Of a stretch of DNA of 64,000 nucleotides, positions 29,289 to 41,538 are shown piece after piece; the first letter of the stretch is position 1, and each line of letters starts with the position of its first letter. Where the stretch lies: contig JAQTSV010000001.1 in NCBI GenBank assembly GCA_028711115.1, forward strand, positions 1,176,928-1,240,927, in the 5' to 3' direction. The position numbers and the translations under genes were made by a program. The notes under the pieces are model-generated. The model ran no database searches, was not told the origin of the DNA, and was given only the letters and a program-made list of their open reading frames with translations. Origin of the DNA: Candidatus Omnitrophota bacterium (lineage in GTDB: Bacteria > Omnitrophota > Gorgyraeia > Velamenicoccales > JABMQK01).

Positions 29289-29768
29289 TTATTGTGGAGC
29301 CGCACCGCCTATGCCTATGCCACTGCTGCTGTCGATTATCTCTCCGTTCTCACTAATTTCAAATTCTCTATTACCAGTAAGCCCTTTTCTTTCTGGTCTT
29401 GCGAATATTAAAAACTTGGCTGTCGCTTCGGCTCCAGAATACCCGAATTTTGAGTAAAAAATATATCCTTGGCGGGATTTTGATTCATAGTCAGAAGATC
29501 CATCACACCAACTATTGTCAAGATATGGCGCTGTTTTTTCACACAACTCCGAGAAAGATTGGGGATATCTGGGATTGACTGCCCTATAAGATACGAAAAC
29601 TGTGCTGAGGGTTCTTAGGCCTTTGATTGCTGTTGATTCGTTAGCCGTAATCCTTGCGCGCAATAAGTTAGGGATAGCCAAAGAAGCAAGCAGAATGATT
29701 ATGCCCACGACGATCATTATCTCTATAAGGGTAAATGCTTTTTGGGATTTGAGGGTGGATTTTCTCAT
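29289..29768 (-). CDS. prepilin-type protein, tandem paralog 2
   Basis: 159 aa. Same leader and hydrophobic N-terminus as paralog 1, with a divergent centre and a conserved C-terminus (ENGEIIDSSSG.GIG.AAPQ). Confidence 0.85.
   Translation of the reverse strand: MRKSTLKSQKAFTLIEIMIVVGIIILLASLAIPNLLRARITANESTAIKGLRTLSTVFVSYRAVNPRYPQSFSELCEKTAPYLDNSWCDGSSDYESKSRQGYIFYSKFGYSGAEATAKFLIFARPERKGLTGNREFEISENGEIIDSSSGIGIGGAAPQ
29505..29768 (-). repeat. conserved 5' module of tandem pilin paralog 2
   Basis: Near-identical to 28975..29238. The last roughly 120 nt also match 30316..30439. Confidence 0.85.
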
Positions 29769-29968
29769 AATGACCTCCTCATTTGATAATCATTTATAAT
29801 CTGCTTCTTCGGTAGAGTATAGCACATGAGAATAAATAAAGAAATAAAAATATATAAATGTATTCATAGCCAGAATCTCGGAATATGGCTATAGAAAGTT
29901 ATAGATTTATCGAATTTTTTATGTATAGAAGATACTGAATGGTGAAATTTATAATGCGGAATTGATTA

Positions 29969-30439
29969 TTATTGCGGGGCGGCGCCTACGACTCTTCCGT
30001 TCTCGGCATCAATCATCTCTCCGTTCTCGCTCATATAAAATGTTCTTCCGCCAGTTACACCATATGTTTCTGGCTCTGCTATCAAGAAAAACGTATCAGC
30101 CTCCGCCCCTTTTATCATAAAACGATAACCACTGCGGAAGTTTGAATACTCGACTCCTTCTGCATCCTTATCATTCCACCAGCTCTCATCAAGATATGGA
30201 GGATTTGTATCACACAACTCTGCAAAATTCTGGGGATATCTGGGATTGACTGCCCTGTAAGCCACGAATACTGTCTGTAAAGTCTTTAAACCTTTAATTG
30301 CAGTTGCTTCATTAGCAGTCATCCTGGCGCGCAATAAGTTGGGGATAGCCAGAGCAGCAAGCAGGATGATTATGCCCACGACGATCATTATTTCCACAAG
30401 GGTAAAGGCTTTTTGGGATTTGAGGGTGGATTTTCTCAT
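29969..30439 (-). CDS. prepilin-type protein, tandem paralog 3
   Basis: The ATG at 30439 (MRKSTLKSQKAFTLVEIM) is preceded by AAGGAG. Upstream lies TTGTTT-N17-(TGg)TATAAT. The ORF-track start at 30505 is an unlikely extension. Confidence 0.85.
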   Translation of the reverse strand: MRKSTLKSQKAFTLVEIMIVVGIIILLAALAIPNLLRARMTANEATAIKGLKTLQTVFVAYRAVNPRYPQNFAELCDTNPPYLDESWWNDKDAEGVEYSNFRSGYRFMIKGAEADTFFLIAEPETYGVTGGRTFYMSENGEMIDAENGRVVGAAPQ

Positions 30440-30575
30440 ATTAAACTCCTTATTTCTGCTTAATCTACTTATACTTCTCCTATTTAAATTATACCACAAA
30501 ATCAAGATGAAAACAAAAAATACAACTTATGCATCTACAGCTGATTATAAGATAAAAAATGGCTTTATGCCGAAT

Positions 30576-32657
30576 TTAAGCAGTTATATCTAATCTGGGA
30601 AATTGAGGGAAAACAGTTTTGATTTTTGCAAGAAGCTGGAGATTCTGCCTCTGGGATAAATTTGGGTCATTTCTTAATAAAGTAATTACCTCATCGCGGG
30701 CATTCTTTAATAAACGCATCTGGGTTAAAGGATTGGCTATTTTTAAAGCCGTCAATCCGTGCTGTCTCTTGCCGAAAAATTCGCCCGGGCCTCTGATTTT
30801 TAAATCTTCCTCTGCGATTTTAAAACCATTGGACAACTCTTCTATGGCCTTAATTCTTCTTTTTGCTTCATCTGTTTTCGGTTCGGAAACTACTATAAAG
30901 AAAGATTCAAATTGCCCCCTGCCAATGCGGCCTCTTAGCTGATGCAATTGAGATAGACCAAAACACTCTGCCTGTAAAACAACCATACAAATAGCATTGG
31001 GTATATCTATGCCCACTTCCAAAACCGAAGTAGCCACGAGAATATCGATATCGCCGTTTTTAAAATCCTGCATCACCTTATCTGCTGCGTCGCTAGGCAT
31101 CTGGCCATGAACTAACCCTACCTTGAAATCCTTGAATGTTTCATTCTTAAATTCTTTAAATATTATCTCTGCTGCCTTTAAATCTTCTTCCTGAAATTCT
31201 TCGATCACAGGACAGACAAAATAAACCTGCCTTTTCTGTCTGGCAATATTTCTTACGAATTCATAAATTTCGCCCATTTTATCTCTGCCATAACTCGATG
31301 TTTTTATGGGTAACCTTTCCTTGGGCAACTCGTCGATAACCGAGATATCCAGGTCTCCATAAATAGTCATGGACAGCGTGCGCGGAATAGGAGTAGCGGT
31401 CATAATCAAAACATCAGGATTATTTCCTTTTTTAGGAAGCAGGGCTCTCTGGGCTACGCCAAATTTATGCTGCTCATCAATAATAACCAAACCTAATTTC
31501 TTGAAAGTCAAACTTTCCTGGATTAAGGCGTGCGTGCCTATAATCAATTGGAATTGTCCGCTGCTGATTTTTTTATAAATCCCTTCCTTCTCTTTCTTTT
31601 TTATGTCGCTGGTCAATAAAACAGTTTCTATGGTAGTGGAAATTTTTGCCAGCTGGTTTTTGATATTTACAAAATGTTGCTTTGCTAAAATTTCTGTAGG
31701 CACCATAAAGGCCACCTGATATCCGCCGTCTAAGGCAATGACTGCGGCCAATGTGGCGACTACAGTCTTGCCGCTTCCCACCTCTCCCTGGAGCAGACGC
31801 TGCATAGGATATTCCCGGGACATATCTGTTTTAATCTCGTCCACAACTCTTTCTTGAGCAGCAGTCAAAGAGAAGGGCAGACTTTTTATTAACTTAGAAA
31901 ATATTACGCCTCCTGCTTTATGAATTATGCCACGTTTTTCTTTCTTTTTTAATTTTCTTAAAACCACGGGAATCTGAAACAAAAAGAATTCCTCAAAAGA
32001 TAACCGGCGATACGCCTCTGTTTTGGAACCGTCATCTTTGGGAAAATGAATATTAATAAGGCTCTGTGCAAGATTTAAAAGGCTGTGTCTTTTTCTGATA
32101 TCATAAGGCAAAGGATCTCTTGTCTTTGAAATATATTTATCCAGGGCGTTTTTTATAAGCTGGCGCATAAATCGCTGAGTCAAACCTTCGCACGCAGAAT
32201 AAATAGGAACAATTCTACCTGTGCTCAAAGAATCGCTGTCTTTATTATCCAAAATTTCAAATTCAGGATTGGAAATCTGTAATCTGTCTTTATATAATTC
32301 TACTTTACCGTACAAAATAATATCCTGGCCCACTTTGAAATACTGCTTTAGGTAAGGCTGGTTAAACCAGACAGCGAATATCCTGCCACTCTTATCGCCG
32401 ACAGCTACCTCAACAATGCTAAAGCCGCGTCTCCTCCAAGAACGTCTTCCACCAGTCGCTAAAACCTGACCTTTGATTGTATAGGATTTGCCGATTTCTA
32501 TCTGGGAGATATTTACAAAATTTGAACGGTCTTCATACCGACGGGGAAAATAATAAAAAAGATCTTCGATGGATAAGATGCCTAATTTCTTAAACAGCTT
32601 TATCTTTTTAGGGCCTACACCTTTAAAATATTGCAGAGAATCAGAAAGTGAATTCAT
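30576..32657 (-). CDS. recG: ATP-dependent DNA helicase RecG
   Basis: 693 aa. Has an N-terminal wedge/OB region, Walker A GEVGSGKT, DEQHKFG and helicase C motifs (QLRGRIGRG). Confidence 0.92.
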   Translation of the reverse strand: MNSLSDSLQYFKGVGPKKIKLFKKLGILSIEDLFYYFPRRYEDRSNFVNISQIEIGKSYTIKGQVLATGGRRSWRRRGFSIVEVAVGDKSGRIFAVWFNQPYLKQYFKVGQDIILYGKVELYKDRLQISNPEFEILDNKDSDSLSTGRIVPIYSACEGLTQRFMRQLIKNALDKYISKTRDPLPYDIRKRHSLLNLAQSLINIHFPKDDGSKTEAYRRLSFEEFFLFQIPVVLRKLKKKEKRGIIHKAGGVIFSKLIKSLPFSLTAAQERVVDEIKTDMSREYPMQRLLQGEVGSGKTVVATLAAVIALDGGYQVAFMVPTEILAKQHFVNIKNQLAKISTTIETVLLTSDIKKKEKEGIYKKISSGQFQLIIGTHALIQESLTFKKLGLVIIDEQHKFGVAQRALLPKKGNNPDVLIMTATPIPRTLSMTIYGDLDISVIDELPKERLPIKTSSYGRDKMGEIYEFVRNIARQKRQVYFVCPVIEEFQEEDLKAAEIIFKEFKNETFKDFKVGLVHGQMPSDAADKVMQDFKNGDIDILVATSVLEVGIDIPNAICMVVLQAECFGLSQLHQLRGRIGRGQFESFFIVVSEPKTDEAKRRIKAIEELSNGFKIAEEDLKIRGPGEFFGKRQHGLTALKIANPLTQMRLLKNARDEVITLLRNDPNLSQRQNLQLLAKIKTVFPQFPRLDITA

Positions 32658-32706
32658 CGTAGATTATTATAAGGGATGGGGATAATGAGGTCAATCTAAT
32701 AGAAAA

Positions 32707-33267
32707 TTACTGATAGTGGCTGCTTTTGCCAATTGCGCCAGTGGTTAAATTTATATAAATCCATCTAGCCGTATCAATCGGAAATAAGCTATAATCTTGC
32801 CTCGTATTGCTGGTCTTTCTATAGGCAACGCCAATTATGGCGCTATTGCTACCAGTTGGTCTAGTATTAGTATAACGACCGGTTGGCGTATTAACAAAAA
32901 TATATTCATTCGGCAAAAGCGCCTGATATGTAAAATATGAGGTGTTATAGATATTATTGGCATTGCTTTCAAAACCTAAAGCTGCCCAGGAAGGCTGTGA
33001 ATAACCATAGGGATTGACTGCTGAATAGTCACTTTCTTCCGGACTAAAAGTCGTGCCATTACAAAAATTTCCCGCAGGAAGACAAATTACTTCATCAATA
33101 ATTGCTATTTTATATCCCCTGTACATCTTTGTCAAAATATCTATCGCCTCTGCCTGCCTGCTTTTTTCTATACCCTTTACAAATTGAGGCACGGATAGGG
33201 AAGCCAGGATACCGATAATAATTGCTGTTACGATTAATTCAAGTAAAGTAAAACCTTCACGTTTCAT
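32707..33267 (-). CDS. prepilin-type N-terminal cleavage/methylation domain protein (orphan pilin)
   Basis: 186 aa. Has MKREG followed by FTLLELIVTAIIIGILASLSVPQF. The C-terminal domain is not recognisably related to the tandem paralogs. Confidence 0.8.
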   Translation of the reverse strand: MKREGFTLLELIVTAIIIGILASLSVPQFVKGIEKSRQAEAIDILTKMYRGYKIAIIDEVICLPAGNFCNGTTFSPEESDYSAVNPYGYSQPSWAALGFESNANNIYNTSYFTYQALLPNEYIFVNTPTGRYTNTRPTGSNSAIIGVAYRKTSNTRQDYSLFPIDTARWIYINLTTGAIGKSSHYQ

Positions 33268-33380
33268 TTTCTGTCCTTGAAAATAATCTTGCTTAAACTA
33301 CTTTTGTAACTATCTATAAATATAGCGTTTTTTTAGCCAAAAGACAAGCAATAATTTCTTATAAATAAAGCGTTTGCTCT

Positions 33381-33429
33381 TTTATTTAAAAAAATCTCTC
33401 CCTGTTTTAATTAACAAAGAGAGATTTTT
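33381..33429 (-). terminator. rho-independent terminator after the 33439 gene
   Basis: AAAATCTCTC (33391..33400) pairs with GAGAGATTTT (33419..33428). The stem is flanked by T/A runs on both sides, so it could work bidirectionally. Confidence 0.55.
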
Positions 33430-33438
33430 GGCTCTGTA

Positions 33439-34077
33439 TTACTTTGACTTCTGTTGAGTAATGGGCTGAGGAATTGGCTGAGGAGAAATTGGCCTTGGCC
33501 ATCGCCTAACTACACTCCAAATATTATCTAGTACTATATCTTGTGCGCTAAGATGAGTGTTTACCATTAAAACGTGATTATCGATGGCATTTAACATCCC
33601 AGATTGACCGACAATCTGACTATAGATCCCATCTGCCGTATCCTGAATTTCGCTAACCGTTGTCGCAATATCATCTGCGAATTCTATTGGAGAAATAAGA
33701 GTAATAACATCAGTACCTATTCCCGATACTGTTGTTGTAAAAATATCAACGGCTAAGTGATGCTCTAGCGCAAAAGAAGCAGTTGAAATCAAACCTATAG
33801 GATAATCAACTGGATAACCATATCCTGTACCTGAAGGAATTTTGAATGTGCCTGTTATATTTTGCAATTGAGGATCGCTATAAATTTGAAGCAATGTCAT
33901 TTCACCTGTCGTATTGTAGTAAGGCGGGATATTAACTCTCGTAGCTCTAATTTTTCCAATATAAACAGCGTGATAAAAACTATCGGCGAGGACTATTGAA
34001 GCTATAGAAAATAGAAATATAGCCAATGTGATAGGTAAAACATAGCTGAAAATTTTCAATCTTCTTAATTTACTCAT
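33439..34077 (-). CDS. hypothetical exported or membrane-anchored protein with a Pro/Gln-rich C-terminus
   Basis: The ATG at 34077 (MSKLRRLKIFSYVLPITLAIFLFSIASIVLA) is preceded by a GGGGGTGGGAAA Shine-Dalgarno-like run. The C-terminus reads PRPISPQPIPQPITQQKSK. No family was recognised. Confidence 0.6.
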   Translation of the reverse strand: MSKLRRLKIFSYVLPITLAIFLFSIASIVLADSFYHAVYIGKIRATRVNIPPYYNTTGEMTLLQIYSDPQLQNITGTFKIPSGTGYGYPVDYPIGLISTASFALEHHLAVDIFTTTVSGIGTDVITLISPIEFADDIATTVSEIQDTADGIYSQIVGQSGMLNAIDNHVLMVNTHLSAQDIVLDNIWSVVRRWPRPISPQPIPQPITQQKSK

Positions 34078-34440
34078 TTTCCCACCCCCTTTCACCTTTG
34101 TTTCTTTCTCTATATAGGGCGTTTCATAATTGCGCACTATATAAAGTTTTTTCTAAATCATCACCTCCCTCATTCATCTAAAATTTATTGCAACAGGTAT
34201 TCTTAATTATATTTAAAAGTTTTTAAAACTATTTTAAAAAACAACAAATAAAAAAGCCAAAAACATAATTTTCGGTTTTCGGCAACCACTTTAAATAAAG
34301 GCGATTTTTGACTCTTTAAACGTCCGTGGCTTTCCCAGATAAACTTTTCTAGGCTTTTCGTTCCCGAATCTGTTTAATTAAAGTATGGCGTATAAAATAA
34401 TATTTTACAAGGTAGGGAATGCTATTTCGGGAAAGCGCTT

Positions 34441-34477
34441 ACAAAAAAATAGGGCTCTGAATTAATTCCAAAGCCCT
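34441..34477 (-). terminator. rho-independent terminator of the rRNA operon
   Basis: Minus strand: AGGGCT...AGCCCT hairpin followed by ATTTTTTTGT, immediately after the 5S gene. Confidence 0.7.
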
Positions 34478-34487
34478 ATAATTTAAC

Positions 34488-34604
34488 CCCGGCAGCGTCC
34501 TACTCTCCCACACCATTACTAGTGCAGTACCATCGGCCCTAGAGGGCTTAACTACCGTATTCGGAATGGGAACGGGTGTGGCCCCTCTGGTCTGACCACC
34601 AGGA
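34488..34604 (-). rRNA. rrf: 5S ribosomal RNA
   Basis: Minus strand begins CCTGGTGGTCAGACC...CCCATTCCGAATACGG and ends ...GGGAGAGTAGGACGCTGCCGG. About 117 nt. Confidence 0.93.
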
Positions 34605-34676
34605 AATAATAACTTGTATATTATGAACCAACTATATAAAACTGACTATAAAGCCTTGCGATATTCAAATTACATG

Positions 34677-37695
<3,019 letters not shown>

Positions 37696-37750
37696 TAAAA
37701 ATGATCAAATTATTTGATTTTACCTCTCGGCTTTATAGTGTCAGTATTAT

Positions 37751-37767
37751 ATAGTTGTCAAAGAACA
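37751..37767 (-). promoter_or_regulatory. boxA-like antitermination element in the tRNA-23S spacer
   Basis: Minus strand TGTTCTTTGACAACTA matches E. coli boxA TGCTCTTTAACAA at 11 of 13 core positions. It is preceded by a CTTATC...GATAAG hairpin (boxB-like). Confidence 0.5.
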
Positions 37768-37889
37768 AAACTTATCTATTTTGAAGATAAGAAATTTTTC
37801 TAGGGATTTTTGTCTTGATAATGAAATTTTAAGTGGAGGCCGAAATACATTATTTCGGCACTCACCAATAATTTCATTAATGAAATTAT

Positions 37890-37965
37890 TGGTGGAGCAG
37901 AGCGGGATCGAACCGCCGACCTCATGCTTGCAAAGCACGCGCTCTCCCAGCTGAGCTACTGCCCC
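37890..37965 (-). tRNA. tRNA-Ala (anticodon UGC), CCA encoded
   Basis: Minus strand reads GGGGCAGTAGCTCAGCTGGGAGAGCGCGTGCTTTGCAAGCATGAGGTCGGCGGTTCGATCCCGCTCTGCTCCACCA. Confidence 0.95.
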
Positions 37966-38055
37966 GAAAAAACAGATCTAAGAATCAAGATTTAAGAAAA
38001 AATCAGAAAACACAATCTTTCTTATCTTAATTCTTAGCTCTTAGTTCTGATTTAA

Positions 38056-38129
38056 TGGGCCCAAGTGGATTCGAACCACTGACCCCAGTCTTATCAGGGC
38101 TGTGCTCTAACCAACTGAGCTATGGGCCC
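38056..38129 (-). tRNA. tRNA-Ile (anticodon GAU), CCA not encoded
   Basis: Minus strand reads GGGCCCATAGCTCAGTTGGTTAGAGCACAGCCCTGATAAGACTGGGGTCAGTGGTTCGAATCCACTTGGGCCCA. Confidence 0.95.
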
Positions 38130-38474
38130 ATATTTGGCAAACCGCATATGGCTTATAACAAACTGCCCTGATTCAATTTGCTATTTGTCCCGCTTTGCGG
38201 GACCCCGCTGAATTCTTTTATTCTAGTGCGGGGCTATTTGCCATTTGCAAAAAATGGAAGCCCTCTGCTTGCGCTGGTTATTCGCGCGAGAGTTGACTCC
38301 CGTAAAAATTCTCTACCGAAGACAGATTCGCCTGCGGAAAAAAATTAAATAGCCAAGTTCGGTGAGTTAAGCTCTCTTCTTTAAAACCTTAACAACACCA
38401 AATCTCCTTCTTTACTTATTTTACTTATTGATTTCTCCAAAATCTTTGCACGCGTTTTGCGCAGGCAAAAAATT

Positions 38475-40066
<1,592 letters not shown>

Positions 40067-40075
40067 CTTGGCTAT

Positions 40076-40092
40076 TAAATTTTGAAAGAACG
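40076..40092 (-). promoter_or_regulatory. boxA-like element in the 16S leader
   Basis: Minus strand CGTTCTTTCAAAATTTA matches E. coli TGCTCTTTAACAATTTA at 13 of 17 positions. It lies directly after the hairpin at 40098..40130. Confidence 0.5.
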
Positions 40093-40097
40093 ATTGT

Positions 40098-40130
40098 AAA
40101 AAAAATAAGCCATCAACGAGGTTGATGGCT
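40098..40130 (-). terminator. terminator-like hairpin plus U8 between tyrS/rrn promoter and 16S (tyrS terminator and/or boxB-like leader hairpin)
   Basis: Minus strand: AGCCATCAAC-CTC-GTTGATGGCT, a perfect 10-bp stem, followed by TATTTTTTTT. Confidence 0.6.
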
Positions 40131-40247
40131 TTATATAGATCCCTTACTCGTTAATAAATATTATTTAGCTAAATTTGTCAATTCTAAAAATTTATCCACC
40201 AAAAAGATTTTTTTGAAAACCTTTCTTAACTCTTTTTGAGTGTAGAA

Positions 40248-40275
40248 ATTATATCAAAAAAACAATTGTTGTCAA
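40248..40275 (-). promoter_or_regulatory. consensus sigma70 promoter (candidate rrn P1)
   Basis: Minus strand: TTGACA (40275..40270), a 16-nt spacer, then TGaTATAAT (-10 at 40253..40248). Both hexamers are perfect and an extended -10 TG is present. A weaker TTGACA-N16-TATTTA lies downstream, with its -35 at 40181..40176. Confidence 0.7.
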
Positions 40276-40332
40276 GAAAATTCTTGCCCTAGGAACAAAA
40301 CTCTATTGAAAATAATAACTTATGTTTTTTAT

Positions 40333-41538
40333 CTAATTTTTCTTTAATATAACTTTTACGAAAGACCTGCGGCCTACCTGAATTAAATATTCTCTGCCTG
40401 CCTCTAATTCGTAATTTATGTTGGAAATTGTCTGGGAATTGACCTTAACCGCCCCCTGCTGTATTAAACGGCGTAATTCATTCTTGGAATTACTCGTATA
40501 TAGAATATTTAAGCCGTAATCCAATAGATTTATTAAGGGGATTTTATCTCCGGGGATATTTATTTTCTGCTGGACAATCTCCTGCGGCAATTCTTTATTC
40601 TTAAATACGCGCTCAAATTCCTGGCGTGCCAATTTGGCTTCTGATTCGCCGTGGTATTCCTTGGTAATCTCTGTAGCGAGTTTTAATTTGGCTTCTTTGG
40701 GATGCATTTTCTTCATTACGCCTAAATCCAGGTCTGTAAGCAGCTCGGAATATCGCCACATCAAATCATCGCTGACAGACATAATCTTGCCGAACATATC
40801 TTTGGGCGGCTCGTTTATTCCGATATAATTATTCAAAGATTTAGACATTTTATTTATGCCGTCGGTGCCTTCCAATAACGGCATGGTAATTACTATTTGC
40901 GGAGAATGCCCGAATTCTCTCTGAAGTTCACGGCCCACCAATAAATTAAATTTCTGATCGGTGCCGCCTAATTCCACATCCGCCTTTAAAACCACCGAGT
41001 CATAACCCTGAATCAAAGGATAAATAAATTCCAGAATGCTTATGGGCCTGTTTTCTTTGAAGCGCCTCAAAAAATCATCTCTTTCCAACATTCTGGCTAC
41101 GGTATATTTGGACAAGAATTCAATCGCCTGATCAAACGTCATCTTTTCATACCATCTGCTGTTGAATACGATGCGCGTGCGCTTGGGATCAAGAATTTTA
41201 AAAATCTGTCTCTTGTAGGTCTTGGCATTTTTAATCACTTCTTCCTTGGACAGCTGTTTTCTCATTTCTGTCTGGCCTGAAGGATCGCCGATTCTGCCGG
41301 TAAAATCTCCGATTAAGAAATAAACGCTGTGGCCCAATTCCTGGAAGTGTTTGAGTTTACGCAACAAAACCGTGTGGCCGAGATGGATATCTGGGGCACT
41401 GGGATCAAAACCAGCTTTGACATGCAGGGGTCTTCTGTTTATCTGTGCTTCTTTTAATTTATTTACTAATTCCTCTTCGGAAATAACTTCTGTGCTGCCG
41501 CGCTTAATCAAACTTAACTGCTTATCGATATCTGCCAT
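40333..41538 (-). CDS. tyrS: tyrosyl-tRNA synthetase
   Basis: 401 aa. Has the HIGH-type motif (DIHLGH), KMSKS and a C-terminal S4-like domain. Confidence 0.92.
   Translation of the reverse strand: MADIDKQLSLIKRGSTEVISEEELVNKLKEAQINRRPLHVKAGFDPSAPDIHLGHTVLLRKLKHFQELGHSVYFLIGDFTGRIGDPSGQTEMRKQLSKEEVIKNAKTYKRQIFKILDPKRTRIVFNSRWYEKMTFDQAIEFLSKYTVARMLERDDFLRRFKENRPISILEFIYPLIQGYDSVVLKADVELGGTDQKFNLLVGRELQREFGHSPQIVITMPLLEGTDGINKMSKSLNNYIGINEPPKDMFGKIMSVSDDLMWRYSELLTDLDLGVMKKMHPKEAKLKLATEITKEYHGESEAKLARQEFERVFKNKELPQEIVQQKINIPGDKIPLINLLDYGLNILYTSNSKNELRRLIQQGAVKVNSQTISNINYELEAGREYLIQVGRRSFVKVILKKN

Noticed and set aside
28762-30505. Regularly spaced similar segments that could superficially suggest a repeat array or CRISPR
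   Set aside because: The repeats are about 260 nt long, coincide with the 5' ends of three complete pilin ORFs and have a period of about 530-670 nt. They reflect tandem gene duplication. No CRISPR-like short repeat/spacer structure occurs anywhere in the window.
40312-40326. Third partial copy of the repeat hairpin arm (ATAATAACTTATGTT) just after tyrS
   Set aside because: It is only a 12-13-nt AT-rich match, in the opposite orientation and without the partner arm or the inverted repeat. It is compatible with chance.
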